The notes under the pieces were generated by a model. That model was given only the letters and a program-made list of their open reading frames with translations. It did no database searches and was not told where the DNA came from. The position numbers were made by a program, and so were the translations under genes. From NCBI GenBank assembly GCA_049669385.1, contig JBATKL010000013.1, positions 1 through 12,022 of the forward strand: a stretch of DNA of 12,022 nt. The letters are read 5' to 3'. The stretch comes from Candidatus Electrothrix sp. GTDB taxonomy: Bacteria > Desulfobacterota > Desulfobulbia > Desulfobulbales > Desulfobulbaceae. Below are positions 1-7,776 of the stretch, piece after piece; the first letter of the stretch is position 1; every line of letters starts with the position of its first letter.

Positions 1-2
1 GT

Positions 3-1565
3 TGTGTTGATGGCTTCGAAGACGATACCATTATTCTGGAGACAGATATCTTGCTTGGAGAAGGCGAGGATGCACGACCGCCGATTACCACCTCGGTTAC
101 CATTGAAGGCCAGGGGCACATCATTAACGGCAATGGTGGGATTGGTTACGTACTGAAAATAAGCAGAGGGATTAATGAAGATGATTACTGCGTCGGTGGT
201 GACTTAACCCTGAACAATGCCACAATTACCGGCGGAAATCATGCTCACCCCGGAGACGTGACCAGTGGGATGCTCAATAATGGCGGGGGAATTACCAATG
301 CCTGCTTTGGCACAGTCACGCTGAATAATACCACCGTGAGTGGAAACACTGCATTAGGCAATGGCGGGGGAATTTTTACTGCTCCGTGGAGTGTCCTGAC
401 CCTGAATAACTCCACTATCAGCGGAAACACTGCAGAAGGTAACGGCGGGGGTGGGATTTATAGTGATAATGCTGTTGTCACACTCAATAGCTCTACGGTC
501 AGCGAAAACATTACGGCAGGCGGCGGTGGAGGAATTTGCGGAGTTACAATCTATGGACCTTGGTTTACTATTAATGCGGTCAGGTTGAACAACTCCATTA
601 TTAGTGGCAACACAGCCTCTTCCGGCAACGAATTGTATCTAGGTGAGAGTTTTATCAATGCAGATAACTCTAATCTTTTCGGTGATAGCGGCGAGAGCGA
701 TGCTGAGGCTTTTGTAAACTTCGTGCCTGAAGCGAGCGATGTCAATGCAACCAGTGACGGCACAAGCGGTATCCTTATCTCCACAGCCTTGCCTGATATT
801 CTCAACCCTCTGGCTGATAACGGCGGCTTGACCATGACCCATGCCTTGGTGAAAGGGAGTCCGGCCATTGATCAGGATAAGACCTGTAGCACCGGATTTT
901 CTGAAGATCAACGTGGCGAACCTCGTCCAGTCGGAAAGGGCTGCGATGCGGGATCTTTTGAATTTGCAAACCATATCCCTGTTGCCGATGCAGGAGAAAA
1001 CCAGGAGGAGGTAATTGCTGGAGACCTTGTCTGTCTTGATGGCAGCGCCAGTTACGATGTCGATGGTGATCTGCTCTCCTATTCTTGGGAGTTCACTGCA
1101 TGGCCTGCAGGTAGTATAGCAGAGCTTGATGACTCGACTGCCGAGGCACCCTGTTTCACAGCCGATCTTTCTGGAACCTATCAAGTCAGCCTTGTTGTAA
1201 ATGACGGCATAGAAAACAGTGAACCAAGCACTACCGAGGTGGTAGCCATCTCCCTGAGTGAGGCCGTCATTGCAACCATTGAGGAAACAGTGCTGGTTAC
1301 CAGCTCGCTTGACCCTGATATATTCGATAATGAAAATAAACAAGGGGCACTGATTAACCAAATCAACGCTGCCATTGCGCTGATTGATGAAGGGCTCTAT
1401 GCTGAGGCACTTGACAAACTTGAGAACAGCATTCTTGGCAAAACAGATGGCTGTGTTGAATCTGGAGCACCGGACAAGAATGATTGGATTGAGGACTGCG
1501 CAAGTCAGGAGGAGCTGTATGACCTTATTCAAGAGACCATAAGCATCTTGGAGGAGCTGATGTAG
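3..1565 (+). CDS. Large secreted/surface repeat protein, C-terminal part (5' end outside the window). It has parallel beta-helix repeats with a choice-of-anchor-Q-type end, a PKD-like Ig domain and a C-terminal helical module.
   Basis: The frame is open from base 3 (CVDGFEDDTIILETD...), so the TTG at 51 in the track is probably not the true start. There are repeated ~22-aa units (LNN[ST]T[IV]SGNTA..GNGGGI) typical of right-handed beta-helix/polymorphic outer membrane protein repeats. The block ends with LADNGGLTMTHAL..GSPAID......DQRGEPRP..GCDAGSFEF, the signature ending of choice-of-anchor Q / CSLREA-type domains. It is followed by ADAGENQ..LDGSASYDVDGDLLSYSWEF...VVNDG (PKD-like). The tail is helical and Ala/Leu-rich (LINQINAAIALIDEGLYAEALDKLEN, FIMAH-like). 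Domain names come from motif recognition only. Confidence 0.85.
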   Translation, partial: CVDGFEDDTIILETDILLGEGEDARPPITTSVTIEGQGHIINGNGGIGYVLKISRGINEDDYCVGGDLTLNNATITGGNHAHPGDVTSGMLNNGGGITNACFGTVTLNNTTVSGNTALGNGGGIFTAPWSVLTLNNSTISGNTAEGNGGGGIYSDNAVVTLNSSTVSENITAGGGGGICGVTIYGPWFTINAVRLNNSIISGNTASSGNELYLGESFINADNSNLFGDSGESDAEAFVNFVPEASDVNATSDGTSGILISTALPDILNPLADNGGLTMTHALVKGSPAIDQDKTCSTGFSEDQRGEPRPVGKGCDAGSFEFANHIPVADAGENQEEVIAGDLVCLDGSASYDVDGDLLSYSWEFTAWPAGSIAELDDSTAEAPCFTADLSGTYQVSLVVNDGIENSEPSTTEVVAISLSEAVIATIEETVLVTSSLDPDIFDNENKQGALINQINAAIALIDEGLYAEALDKLENSILGKTDGCVESGAPDKNDWIEDCASQEELYDLIQETISILEELM

Positions 1566-1588
1566 GCTCGATTTGACCGTTAGCCCTG

Positions 1589-1643
1589 AAAAAGCTATAC
1601 TCATCTCAGCCTTGGGTAAAATACCCCCGGCTGAGATTATAGC
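1589..1643 (-). terminator. Intrinsic terminator of hisD (minus strand). It may also act as a 3' hairpin for the convergent + gene.
   Basis: An interrupted stem pairs 1594-1599 (GCTATA) with 1638-1643 (TATAGC) and 1603-1611 (ATCTCAGCC) with 1629-1637 (GGCTGAGAT). There is a 3-nt bulge and a 17-nt loop. On the minus strand the stem is followed directly by U5 (A5 at 1589-1593 on +). It lies 34 nt downstream of the hisD stop. Confidence 0.55.
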
Positions 1644-1676
1644 AAACTATAGCAAACGCTACACCACCCAGCCCCG

Positions 1677-2981
1677 CTACTTTATCCGCACAGCCACAGA
1701 ATTCGCATGAGCACTCAACCCCTCCAGCTGAGCCAACCGCTGAATATGCTCAGCATCGTTAAGCAGAGCCTGACGGGAATAGGAGATAATCGAGCTTTTT
1801 TTAAGAAAGGTCTCCACCCCAAGAGCAGAGGAAATACGGGCCGTGCCCATTGTCGGCAAAACATGGTTGGGACCAGCCACATAATCACCAGCAGCCTCTG
1901 GGGTATGAGGGCCAAGGAAGATCGCGCCAGCATGTTTAATCATCGGCAACCACTGCCAAGGATCTTCCACCTGAAGCTCCAGGTGCTCAATGGCAATATC
2001 ATTAGCCAAAGCAATACCCTCTTCCACGCTGTTCACTACCAGGATCAGGCCCCGCTGCTGTAAGGAGGTTCTCGCGATATCCTCACGAGACAAGACAGGC
2101 AACTGCTTTTCCAACTCCACTTTGACTGCCTCGGCAATCGCCGTTTCTGTGGTGAGCAACAGGGCCAGGGCCATCGGATCATGCTCGGCCTGGGCCAGCA
2201 TATCCGCAGCAATATAGGCCGGGTTCGCTGCATGGTCGGCAACGATCAATACCTCGCTGGGACCGGCAATCATGTCAATACGTACCCTGCCCATCACCTG
2301 GCGTTTGGCCTCAGTAACAAACTGATTCCCTGGCCCAACAATGACATCCACCGCAGGTACGGATTCCGTGCCAAAGGCCAGGGCCGCAATGGCCCAGGCT
2401 GATCCGGCCTTATAGACCTCGGTGACTCCCACTTCCCTGGCTGCCATGAGCAGGGCCGGAGCAATTTTCCCTTCCTTATTCGGCGGAGTCACCATGATCC
2501 GCTGCTGCACCCCGGCAATGCCTGCGGGGATAGCGTTCATAAGCACCGACGAGACCAAGGGGGTGGAACCGCCCTGCCCTCCTGGCACATAAAGGCCTGC
2601 TGAATCCACCGGTCGAACCAAGCGCCCGGTAATGGTGCCGTCATCACGGGTCATCATCCAGGAATCTTCCGTCTCCCGCTCATGAAAAAGGCGAATCCGC
2701 TCTGCTGCAAAGGCGAGCGTTGCCATAAAATCATCATCAATCGCCGTTGCGGCCTGAGCAAACTCCTCTTCACTGACCTTGAATGCTTCCAGGTCCAGCT
2801 CTGGCGCATCAAAACGGCGAGTATACTCCAACACGGCTTCATCACCACGACTGCGCACCTGCTCTAAGATATCGGTTACTGCCTGGGCACACTTGCTGTC
2901 TGCAAGGGCAAAGCGATCACGCAACCCGTCCATGCTCTTTTTTCCCTGATCTGTTGCATAGCTTTCAATACGAATAGTCAT
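1677..2981 (-). CDS. hisD: Histidinol dehydrogenase
   Basis: A 434-aa ORF with HisD hallmarks: GPGNQFV, AGPSEVL, QAEHD, IEHLEL and GDY.AGPNHVLPT. Length is typical. An SD-like GGAGAAAGAG lies about 12 nt upstream of the ATG. Confidence 0.97.
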   Translation of the reverse strand: MTIRIESYATDQGKKSMDGLRDRFALADSKCAQAVTDILEQVRSRGDEAVLEYTRRFDAPELDLEAFKVSEEEFAQAATAIDDDFMATLAFAAERIRLFHERETEDSWMMTRDDGTITGRLVRPVDSAGLYVPGGQGGSTPLVSSVLMNAIPAGIAGVQQRIMVTPPNKEGKIAPALLMAAREVGVTEVYKAGSAWAIAALAFGTESVPAVDVIVGPGNQFVTEAKRQVMGRVRIDMIAGPSEVLIVADHAANPAYIAADMLAQAEHDPMALALLLTTETAIAEAVKVELEKQLPVLSREDIARTSLQQRGLILVVNSVEEGIALANDIAIEHLELQVEDPWQWLPMIKHAGAIFLGPHTPEAAGDYVAGPNHVLPTMGTARISSALGVETFLKKSSIISYSRQALLNDAEHIQRLAQLEGLSAHANSVAVRIK

Positions 2982-3034
2982 AATAGGTACTCTTTCTCCA
3001 AAACATCAATATTGTCAAGTAAGTAAAGGGATAT

Positions 3035-3060
3035 TTTTCTCGTGAAATTTTCTCGTAAAA
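3035..3060. repeat. Tandem 13-nt direct repeat TTTTCTCGT[G/A]AAA x2
   Basis: Units at 3035-3047 and 3048-3060 match at 12 of 13 positions. The repeat sits between the upstream terminator hairpin and the hisD start and overlaps the terminator U-tract. Function is unknown. Confidence 0.5.
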
Positions 3061-3090
3061 CAAAGAAACCCCGCCCCAAGGGACGGGGTT
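3055..3090 (-). terminator. Rho-independent terminator ending the CNNM/DUF2058 transcription unit
   Basis: The minus strand reads AACCCCGTCC-CTTG-GGGCGGGGTT, a 10-bp GC-rich stem with one G-U pair and a 4-nt loop, followed by TCTTTGTTTTAC. On the + strand the G-U becomes a C-A mismatch, so the structure is specific to the minus strand. Confidence 0.75.
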
Positions 3091-3120
3091 GCAGGAAAAC
3101 CCGGTGTGTGCTTCAGTACT

Positions 3121-3165
3121 GTGTTCGCCCTGTTATGCCGGGCAGACACGCAGGTCTTCCCCTAC
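3121..3165 (-). repeat. REP-like element (GTAG + imperfect palindrome), copy 1
   Basis: The minus strand reads GTAGGGGAAGACCTGCGTGTCTGCCCGGCATAACAGGGCGAACAC. It matches the copy at 7902-7947 at 40 of 46 aligned positions. It starts 2 nt after the DUF2058 stop codon. Confidence 0.6.
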
Positions 3166-3167
3166 AA

Positions 3168-3671
3168 TTACCAGTCTTCTTCCTCACTCGGTTCCCGCAG
3201 GGAAATCACAGCCCCTTTATCACGCTCTGCGACCTGACGGACCACCTTGGCAGGCACCACCTCAAAGCTGTCAGCAAGCTGCACAATACCGAGCTGACCT
3301 TCACAAAGCCGATCAATCATCTCCTCAGCTATAAAAATCCGGTGGATCTTTTTTCCCAGGGAAAAATGATAGGCGTGCCCGTTCTTCTCATCCCGTTCCA
3401 CACGATTTTGCATGACAAGCTGCTTGATTTGAGCCTGCTTCTCGCGCTGTTGCCTTTCCTCTGCCTGCTTGCGACTGATCTCCTTATTACGAGCCACCTC
3501 GGCAGCCTGTGCTACTTCAGCCTGACTGATCGGTTTCCTGGCATTTTTCCTGACAGACTTGCCTTTTTTCTTCTTTTTACTTTGAACGTACTGTTCCTGA
3601 TTTGCCTTACTCGCCTGCTTTTTACTGACCAGCCCTGCCTTGAGGAGCTGATCCTGAAGAGGGTTACCCAT
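3168..3671 (-). CDS. DUF2058 family protein (E. coli YaiL-like, uncharacterised)
   Basis: A 167-aa ORF. The N-terminus (LQDQLLKAGLVSKKQA), the strongly basic Lys/Arg/Gln-rich centre (KKKKKGKSVRKNARK...ERQQREKQAQIKQLV) and the acidic C-terminus ending EEEDW resemble the YaiL/DUF2058 layout. A GGAG lies 11 nt upstream of the ATG. The gene starts 19 nt downstream of the preceding gene. Confidence 0.8.
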   Translation of the reverse strand: MGNPLQDQLLKAGLVSKKQASKANQEQYVQSKKKKKGKSVRKNARKPISQAEVAQAAEVARNKEISRKQAEERQQREKQAQIKQLVMQNRVERDEKNGHAYHFSLGKKIHRIFIAEEMIDRLCEGQLGIVQLADSFEVVPAKVVRQVAERDKGAVISLREPSEEEDW

Positions 3672-3690
3672 AATTTTTTTCTCCGTTTTC

Positions 3691-4782
3691 TTACCTGCGG
3701 CCTTCTTCTTTGTTCAACGTCTTTGTTTCTTGCCCATTTGTGGAACCTGATGATGACAAAGATCGTTCCTTTCCTGCGGCGCGGGCAAGAGCCCGCATAT
3801 TCTGCGTTCTATCCGACTCGTCAACAATTTCCCGCCCAATGATCTCTTCCAGAATATCTTCCAGACTGATCACCCCGGTCACTGAGCCGTATTCATCAAC
3901 TACCACAAAGAGGTGCTGGCTCTCTTCAAAAAACTCCAGCATCACCTTATTGAGCGGCGCAATTTCCGGAACAAAATGGACCGGCTGCATAATTTCTTCC
4001 AGTCTGCACTCCAGCTTACCCGCTGCTGCCGCTTCCATGACTTCATAACTGAGCACAACGCCAACCACATCATTACTGTCCCTGCCGTAAACCGGAACCC
4101 GGCTGTGAATACGCCATTGCTCGGTCAGTAAAGCAGCCTGGGCTACGGTCATCTCTCTGCTCAGGGTGAAGGTCACTGTTCTCGGGGTCATGATTTGGCG
4201 CACCCTTTTATTCCGTAAATCAATAATATTGGTGATCACCTGCTCCTGATCTCTTTCTATTTCACCGGATTTTCGGCTCATGCGGGCAATGGCGATAACT
4301 TCTTCCGCTGAAACCTGCGATCCAGACGATTTGGGAATCAGATGGGTCATAGCCTGACAGACCAAAATAATCGGTTTCAGCACAACAACCATCAGGTGAA
4401 GAGGACGGGCTACATAGGGGGCCAACGAACCGTTGAATTCCACCCCTATGGTTTTAGGTAGAATCTCTGATAAAAGGAGAATCACCAAGGTGAAAAAGAC
4501 AGAAAACCAGATAAGATTATTTGCCCCGAAAACCGATGCAGCAGCAGCACCGGCAACAGCTGCTCCCATAGTGTTAGCTATGGTGTTTAAGGTAAGGATA
4601 GCCGTAATGGGCTGATCTATATTCTCTTTCAACTTTTTAAGAATAGCCGAAGTTACCGGTCGCGTATTCGCCAGCAACTCAATGCGGCTCATGGGCAGAG
4701 AATAGAGCACCGCCTCCAGCAGGCTGCAGAATGCGGAAGTAAACACGGCAAAACTAACAGCAAGAACAAGTTCCAAAAGCAT
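3691..4782 (-). CDS. CNNM/DUF21 transmembrane domain + CBS-pair transporter (HlyC/CorC-CorB family, putative Mg2+/divalent cation efflux). It lacks a C-terminal CorC_HlyC domain.
   Basis: A 363-aa ORF. The N-terminal hydrophobic DUF21 pattern is present (SAFCSLLEAVLYSL, SEILPKT), followed by IMTPRTVTF and two CBS-like repeats. A GGAGG SD lies 7 nt upstream of the ATG. Confidence 0.9.
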   Translation of the reverse strand: MLLELVLAVSFAVFTSAFCSLLEAVLYSLPMSRIELLANTRPVTSAILKKLKENIDQPITAILTLNTIANTMGAAVAGAAAASVFGANNLIWFSVFFTLVILLLSEILPKTIGVEFNGSLAPYVARPLHLMVVVLKPIILVCQAMTHLIPKSSGSQVSAEEVIAIARMSRKSGEIERDQEQVITNIIDLRNKRVRQIMTPRTVTFTLSREMTVAQAALLTEQWRIHSRVPVYGRDSNDVVGVVLSYEVMEAAAAGKLECRLEEIMQPVHFVPEIAPLNKVMLEFFEESQHLFVVVDEYGSVTGVISLEDILEEIIGREIVDESDRTQNMRALARAAGKERSLSSSGSTNGQETKTLNKEEGRR

Positions 4783-4820
4783 ATAACGCCCTCCGGGCGA
4801 ATTCGCTGATTCATACAGGT

Positions 4821-4862
4821 AGGTATACGGCGTGCCGTTGCCCCTACAGCACCCTGCAACAA
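4821..4862 (-). repeat. REP-like element, degenerate copy
   Basis: The minus strand reads GTTGCAGGGTGCTGTAGGGGCAACGGCACGCCGTATACC. It shares the exact 11-mer TGCTGTAGGGG with 7844-7854 and the GTAGGGGC...GCC(C)GTATA layout with 7777-7807. Confidence 0.4.
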
Positions 4863-4871
4863 TAAAATGAT

Positions 4872-6638
4872 TTATAAAATGATTTCATGCCGATAAGCCC
4901 GCTCATACACAGCAACAACATCGGCAAGAGAAGGTCGGCGGGGATTATTTTCCACCGGTCGAGTTACCGTCAGAGCGATTTCTGCCATCTTGGGGATCTG
5001 ATCAAAGGGAATGTCCATATCCAAATCCTTCAAGGTGGCGGGAATCCCCACATCGGCATTGAGGTCATACAGGGCCTCGACACAAAGAGAGGCTGCATCG
5101 CGTCGAGAAAGTCCCTCTGTGTTCTGCCCCAGTACCTCTGCGAGCAGAGCAAATTTCTCGTAATTTCCAGGCAGATTATACTGCACCACATAGGGCAGAA
5201 GAACCGCATTAGCCAGCCCGTGCGGAACCCCAAACATCCCTCCCATAGGATAGGCCATAGCATGGACCAAGCCAACCCCGGCAGTGGCCAAAGCCTTGCC
5301 ACCGAGCAGAGAACCCATGAGCATGGCAGAACGGGCTTCAAGATTGCCCCCGTTAGCACAAGCCGCAGGTAGATTGCGGGCAATTAAATCAATGGCCTCC
5401 AAGGAATACATCTCCGAGATAAGATGGGCCTGGGTGGAGGTATAGGCCTCCAGGGCATGGGTCAAGGCATCGATGCCGGTATATGCTGTAACCTTGGCAG
5501 GCAGGCTGAGGGTCAGTTCCGGATCAAGGATGGCAGCATCCGGGTACAGAGGATCGCCGTTCATGCCGCCCTTGGAACCGGTTTCTTCGTTGATGAACAC
5601 GGCAGTAAAGGTCACTTCCGCGCCGGTTCCGGCAGAAGTGGGAATCATAATCTTGGGTACGCCCGGCTTTTTGATCAGGCCCAGTCCGAGATAATCCACC
5701 GCCTTGCCACCGTTGGTCAGCAGGATAGCCACTGCCTTGGCCACGTCCATTGCTGAACCGCCGCCTGCGCCAATCACACAATCACAGCCAGCCTCTTTGG
5801 CAATGGCACAGCCTTTATCAGCCAGTTGCAGTCCCGGTTCCGGATCAATTTCATCGTAGACAGTAAAAGAAATACCTTCCTGTTCCAGCGGGGTTGTAAA
5901 ACGGTCAAGCAGGCCCGCTTTGACTAGGCCGGGATCGACCACTAGCAGAACCTTGCTGCCGTTGAAATCCTTGACTATCTTGCCAAGATCTTTAACCGTG
6001 CCTGCCCCAAAGTGAAGACGAGTGGGCTGGGTCACGGTGAAGGGTTGCATACTGTTCATAGTTTTACCTTGTCTTTTTTTGATCAATTGGACCTTGCGAT
6101 CGTGCGCAGAGGGTGCTCGAATATATTCTTTTTCCAGAAAGGCTGCTATTTTTTCCGGCTGATTCAAGGAAAAAACAGAAGGGCCGGAAATCTCCTGATT
6201 ATCCTGATTAATATCCTGATCAGTGGCCTGGGCAATGACACCGCTGACCTGCTCAGAAAGGCGGGTACCCTGCCGCCCCCTGAAAACCTCAATTTTGGCC
6301 ACCTTGTCTGCCCCTTTAAAGCCTTCGCCAATAACCAAATCCATATCAGAGAAAAAACGACGGGCTAGGGCCGCAAGATTTTTTTCCGGGTGGGAAAGGG
6401 TCATAACCAGCTGGTCCGGAGCAACCAGGGTGACAGCATCAGCGCCAGCCTTGCTATAGGCACCGGTATCTGTCCCCTCCTGGTTCGGTAGTAGTCCGAT
6501 TTCCTTGGTGGATTTAATCACTGCCACAAAATAGCCGCGCTCTTTCAGCAAGCGAACAACCTGAGCAGCTAGAGTGGTTTTCCCGGAATCGTGCCAGCCT
6601 ATGAAGGTAATAATGGGGGGCATAGTGAGACGCATCAT
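4872..6638 (-). CDS. In-frame fusion ORF: an N-terminal MobB-like P-loop protein (molybdopterin-guanine dinucleotide biosynthesis protein B) joined to a complete iron-containing (group III) alcohol dehydrogenase
   Basis: Residues ~1-175 carry the MobB pattern (IITFIGWHDSGKTTL Walker A, VAVIKS, AGADAV, DLVIGEGFK..KIEVFR). Residues 193-588 form a full Fe-ADH (GAGGGSAMDVAKAVA, GIDALTHALEAY, HAMAYP....PHG). There is no stop between the two domains. The true start may be the Met at 6623 (MPPIITF). Confidence 0.85.
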   Translation of the reverse strand: MMRLTMPPIITFIGWHDSGKTTLAAQVVRLLKERGYFVAVIKSTKEIGLLPNQEGTDTGAYSKAGADAVTLVAPDQLVMTLSHPEKNLAALARRFFSDMDLVIGEGFKGADKVAKIEVFRGRQGTRLSEQVSGVIAQATDQDINQDNQEISGPSVFSLNQPEKIAAFLEKEYIRAPSAHDRKVQLIKKRQGKTMNSMQPFTVTQPTRLHFGAGTVKDLGKIVKDFNGSKVLLVVDPGLVKAGLLDRFTTPLEQEGISFTVYDEIDPEPGLQLADKGCAIAKEAGCDCVIGAGGGSAMDVAKAVAILLTNGGKAVDYLGLGLIKKPGVPKIMIPTSAGTGAEVTFTAVFINEETGSKGGMNGDPLYPDAAILDPELTLSLPAKVTAYTGIDALTHALEAYTSTQAHLISEMYSLEAIDLIARNLPAACANGGNLEARSAMLMGSLLGGKALATAGVGLVHAMAYPMGGMFGVPHGLANAVLLPYVVQYNLPGNYEKFALLAEVLGQNTEGLSRRDAASLCVEALYDLNADVGIPATLKDLDMDIPFDQIPKMAEIALTVTRPVENNPRRPSLADVVAVYERAYRHEIIL

Positions 6639-6689
6639 AGCAGGGAGCGTTCAATATGGAAACTGAAAAACAGCCTTGAGCTCTGCTTG

Positions 6690-6718
6690 TTGCGTGGGAA
6701 AAAATTTACTGGTATATT
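6690..6718 (+). promoter_or_regulatory. Candidate sigma70-type promoter for trpS
   Basis: TTGCGT (6690-6695), a 17-nt spacer, then TATATT (6713-6718), about 50 nt upstream of the trpS ATG. This is a pattern match only. Confidence 0.35.
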
Positions 6719-6770
6719 CTCTTGATTCATTCGTTAATCTTCAATTTCTTCACTTCTATTAGCAAATACT

Positions 6771-7739
6771 ATGCAACGTATACTCTCCGGCATCCAGCCT
6801 TCTGGACAACTCCATATCGGCAATTACTTCGGCATGATGAAAACCATGATTGCCAACATGGAGACCTCAGATCTCTTCGTTTTCATTGTCGATCTTCACG
6901 CCCTTACCTCAGTGCAGGATCGTAAAAAACTCTCTATTGGCACTCTGGAGGCAGCAGCGGATTTTCTCGCCTTGGGACTTGATCCGGAAAAATGCACTTT
7001 TTGGGTCCAGTCTGATGTACCGGAGGTCTGTGAACTTTCCTGGATCTTATCCAACATGACCCCGATGGGCCTACTGGAGCGCTGCCATTCTTATAAGGAC
7101 AAGGTAGCCAAGGGCATTGCAGCGAATCACGGCCTGTTTGCCTACCCCGTGCTCATGGCCGCAGACATTCTTCTTTATCAGTCGGAAATCGTACCGGTGG
7201 GTAAGGACCAAAAGCAACACCTGGAAGTGGCGCGAGATATTGCCATCAAGTTCAATAATACTTATGGCGAGACCTTTGTGGTTCCGGAACCGGCAATAGG
7301 TGAGAGCACCGCAATTATTCCAGGGGTGGACGGTCAGAAGATGTCCAAATCCTACGACAACACCATTCCTATTTTTTTGGAAGATAAACCGCTGCGCAAA
7401 CGGGTGATGGCTGTCCAGACAGATTCAACTCCGGTAGAAGATCCCAAGGATCCTGAAACATGTAATCTCTACGCCCTGCTCAAACTCTTTGCCTCTGAGG
7501 AAAAAATGGCTGAGGCGCATGGCCTGTATGTCAACGGGGGCGCAGCCTATGGTTATCTCAAGCAGGATCTCTTTGAGTTGATCCGAGATTATTATGCCGA
7601 TGCCCGTACCAAAAAGAAGGAGCTGTTGCAGAATCAGGATTATTTACGGGAGGTTTTGCGGAAAGGCGCGGATAAAGCCCGAGCAAAAGCGGCTGAAACC
7701 TTGGATATGGTGCGAGACCGGGTTGGATTGCGGTATTAA
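6771..7739 (+). CDS. trpS: Tryptophan--tRNA ligase
   Basis: A 322-aa ORF. The N-terminus ILSGIQPSGQLHIGNYFG is a class I HIGH-type motif, KMSKS is present, and length and overall pattern are typical of bacterial TrpRS. Confidence 0.97.
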   Translation: MQRILSGIQPSGQLHIGNYFGMMKTMIANMETSDLFVFIVDLHALTSVQDRKKLSIGTLEAAADFLALGLDPEKCTFWVQSDVPEVCELSWILSNMTPMGLLERCHSYKDKVAKGIAANHGLFAYPVLMAADILLYQSEIVPVGKDQKQHLEVARDIAIKFNNTYGETFVVPEPAIGESTAIIPGVDGQKMSKSYDNTIPIFLEDKPLRKRVMAVQTDSTPVEDPKDPETCNLYALLKLFASEEKMAEAHGLYVNGGAAYGYLKQDLFELIRDYYADARTKKKELLQNQDYLREVLRKGADKARAKAAETLDMVRDRVGLRY

Positions 7740-7776
7740 AATTTACCTAGGAAACAAGCCTCATTTGATGCAGGAT

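Noticed and set aside
639-1604. A 321-aa ORF on the minus strand
   Set aside because: It is entirely antisense to the strongly supported beta-helix/PKD gene. It has no recognisable motifs, and its Cys/Ile/Leu-rich composition is typical of the shadow frame of a Gly/Asn/Thr repeat gene.
1638-1657. Perfect 10-nt tandem repeat TATAGCAAAC x2, considered as a possible regulatory or CRISPR-like repeat
   Set aside because: There are only two units with no spacers. The first unit forms the outer stem (TATAGC pairing with GCTATA at 1594-1599) of the hisD terminator hairpin, so the repeat is best explained as a local duplication of the terminator flank.
3013-3018. Perfect -35 hexamer TTGACA on the minus strand upstream of hisD
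   Set aside because: No acceptable -10 hexamer lies 16-18 nt downstream (AAAGAG, GAAAGA). I kept it only as a remark and did not call it a promoter.
3042-3842. A 266-aa ORF on the plus strand
   Set aside because: It runs antisense through the DUF2058 gene and into the CNNM gene. It begins inside a terminator hairpin and a REP-like repeat. Its low-complexity Leu/Phe-rich translation is the mirror of a Lys/Glu-rich gene.
6060-6062. Calling the Fe-ADH as a separate gene starting at the internal ATG
   Set aside because: There is no stop codon upstream in this frame, so as sequenced it is one ORF. The two-gene alternative is discussed as a finding because it depends on the length of the A7 run, which I cannot verify from a single sequence.
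6639-6770. Possible T-box, attenuator or riboswitch leader upstream of trpS, or a Moco riboswitch upstream of mobB
   Set aside because: The shared divergent spacer is only 132 nt, and the predicted trpS leader is about 50 nt of pyrimidine-rich sequence. It has no specifier, antiterminator or conserved riboswitch helices.
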